DNA of 64,000 bases from positions 96,001 through 160,000 of the forward strand of contig OZ242164.1 of assembly GCA_965205335.1 (NCBI GenBank), given 5' to 3'. How positions within the stretch are numbered: the stretch's first letter is position 1; the number at the start of each line of letters is the position of its first letter. The notes below the pieces were generated by a model, which saw only the letters and a list, made by a program, of their open reading frames with translations, was not told the DNA's origin and ran no database searches. Source of the DNA: Candidatus Woesearchaeota archaeon. GTDB lineage: Archaea > Nanobdellota > Nanobdellia > Woesearchaeales > UBA583. Positions 62,394 through 64,000 of the stretch are shown here, one piece after another. A program made the translations under genes and the position numbers.

Positions 62394-63167
62394 TTATATT
62401 TCATTTTTTTTGTATTCAATTAAAAATTTTTCAGGAGTATATTTATCTATTTTATGATTTGCTTTTAACATTGCATAACTTGTATATTTTGCTTGATCAG
62501 GTGTGATTCCATATCTCTTTATACATGGAATTTCTACAAACCTATTATAAGTAGGAACTTCAAGCAATGGACTTAACATTGGATTTTCAAGTATTAATTT
62601 CATCATAAAAAATATTTTTTTGTTTTGATTCAGTCCAGAAAAATTATCAGATTTCTTGATTTTTACAGAGATTTTATCTTCAATATATGATTTTTCAATA
62701 AAACTAAATAATGTGTTCTTATGCATCTCAAACTCTTTAATTTTATCATTGAAAAAATGTTCAAGTAATGAATTTTCATCTAATTTTAATTGATTTTCAA
62801 AAAAATTTAGAATTTTACCTATTATTGAAGTAAAGCCTAAACAGCATTCTAAAAGTTCTTGGGAAGAATTTACAAGTAAAGTAATATGTAAAACTCCATT
62901 ATGGAAGAACTCATTATCTATTTTAGAGATTTCACATTGCAAATGTGGATAGTGATGTTTTTGAGATTTATCGTGTCTTTCAATTGCAATTCTAACATCA
63001 ACTGTAAAATCAATATCTTTACTAACCTCTCCCTTCAAACTAAATTTAAACTCATGATTTTCATCATTACTTGCTTGAAACTCAAATGAAACTCTGTTTT
63101 TTTTGTAAACTGGATTCCTAATTGCCTCTTCAATATCTGTAAAACTTGGGTTTTCTGGATTATTCAT
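62394..63167 (-). CDS. Hypothetical protein
   Basis: 257-aa ORF, HHYPHLQ motif. Confidence 0.6.
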   Translation of the reverse strand: MNNPENPSFTDIEEAIRNPVYKKNRVSFEFQASNDENHEFKFSLKGEVSKDIDFTVDVRIAIERHDKSQKHHYPHLQCEISKIDNEFFHNGVLHITLLVNSSQELLECCLGFTSIIGKILNFFENQLKLDENSLLEHFFNDKIKEFEMHKNTLFSFIEKSYIEDKISVKIKKSDNFSGLNQNKKIFFMMKLILENPMLSPLLEVPTYNRFVEIPCIKRYGITPDQAKYTSYAMLKANHKIDKYTPEKFLIEYKKNEI

Positions 63168-63221
63168 TTTTGATACTATTTTTTTTGTTTATTTATTAAT
63201 TGTTACCTTCTTTAAGGTCAT

Positions 63222-63971
63222 CTAAACCTTGTTTGATGCCTTTAAAATAGAGTATTCAATTTCTGCATAAAAAGGATCATTTCGGTTTGCTTTCTTAAGT
63301 CTGAGTAATGCATACTTCTCATTTTTGTTTAAAAGAACCCCTATATTCTGCAAGTCTATAATTCGTGTTCTTGAACTCATATCTACACTAGCCAATCTGT
63401 TCTTACTAATACTACTAAGAGATACATCATTGGTTCTATTTTTTATCAAACCAACTCCTTTCATATTACTAGGGTCTCGATATAAATAAAGAGAATTATC
63501 ACCGCAACTACTAACTTTAATTGTAAAAGAATATAAGCCCTTGCCGATTTGATACATACCATCATTATTGGAGTAGTCAAACTTAATAGTCCCTTTCATT
63601 AATTGAAGTTTAAAAGATTCAATTTTCTCACTAATATCTTTTTCTTTAATATTGTGAGTTAAGTTTAATTTATTTAATTTATATTCCCAATATCCTAACT
63701 TTGAAACTAAGCTATTTGTAATATTACCTTTAATTTTAAAATTCTCCTTTAACAAATTATAAAGAACTGTAAAATAAATAATACATTCTCCAATAATTTC
63801 TCCTTTTTTTAAATCAATTTTATCAGATTCGTTAAATAACATATAAATAATTTTGAAGAATTCATCTAATGAAATTTCTTTCCCATCTCTTGTAATTTTT
63901 TCTAATTTAATATTAAATTGGTACGAGTCGTCAACTGGACTAAATTTATTACAAGAATATTTTATTTTCAT
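63222..63971 (-). CDS. Hypothetical protein
   Basis: 249-aa ORF. Confidence 0.6.
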   Translation of the reverse strand: MKIKYSCNKFSPVDDSYQFNIKLEKITRDGKEISLDEFFKIIYMLFNESDKIDLKKGEIIGECIIYFTVLYNLLKENFKIKGNITNSLVSKLGYWEYKLNKLNLTHNIKEKDISEKIESFKLQLMKGTIKFDYSNNDGMYQIGKGLYSFTIKVSSCGDNSLYLYRDPSNMKGVGLIKNRTNDVSLSSISKNRLASVDMSSRTRIIDLQNIGVLLNKNEKYALLRLKKANRNDPFYAEIEYSILKASNKV

Positions 63972-64000
63972 ATCTAAAAATTCAAATATTTTTGAAGTTC

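Noticed and set aside
1-64000. Stop-codon recoding
   Set aside because: Interrupting stops are of mixed types (TAA, TAG, TGA) and intact genes end with all three.
1-64000. Integron with attC cassettes
   Set aside because: No integrase seen; the recurrent junction motif matches IS5 TIRs rather than attC R/L boxes.

Overview
Very AT-rich accessory window with no housekeeping genes. TTTATAAA/TTTATATA boxes lie ~23-30 nt before many start codons, and the gene content includes KTSC and CxxC-x17-CxxC genes; both suggest an archaeon, probably DPANN (Pacearchaeota/Woesearchaeota-like; inference). After a repeat-rich non-coding first 1.6 kb and three orphan genes comes a ~60 kb defence/toxin-antitoxin island. 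It contains type III R-M, two OLD nucleases, RloA/RloB-type pairs, two ABC-ATPase-HEPN proteins (one RloC-like), PD-(D/E)XK nucleases, ImmA-PIN, MNT-HEPN, a RelE-like pair, RecQ, and many duplicated or truncated genes. Many junctions carry a 128-bp IS5-type MITE or isolated IS/MITE ends. Best novelty candidates: (1) all four NYN ribonuclease genes are preceded by a promoter-proximal small RNA element that can fold as a pseudoknot with covarying pairs (two RNA families; type III TA-like or riboswitch-like); (2) an 867-aa protein with five 108-aa repeats showing invariant scaffolds and hypervariable patches, plus a Myb-like motif; (3) a 72-nt tRNA-like RNA (GUC loop, 9-bp acceptor stem, no proper D-arm) with its own TATA box and T-tract; (4) a MITE+IS5 composite transposon with an 8-bp target duplication; (5) an exact 47-bp-period degenerate array. 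All family calls come from motif recognition by eye; no searches or folding programs were run.
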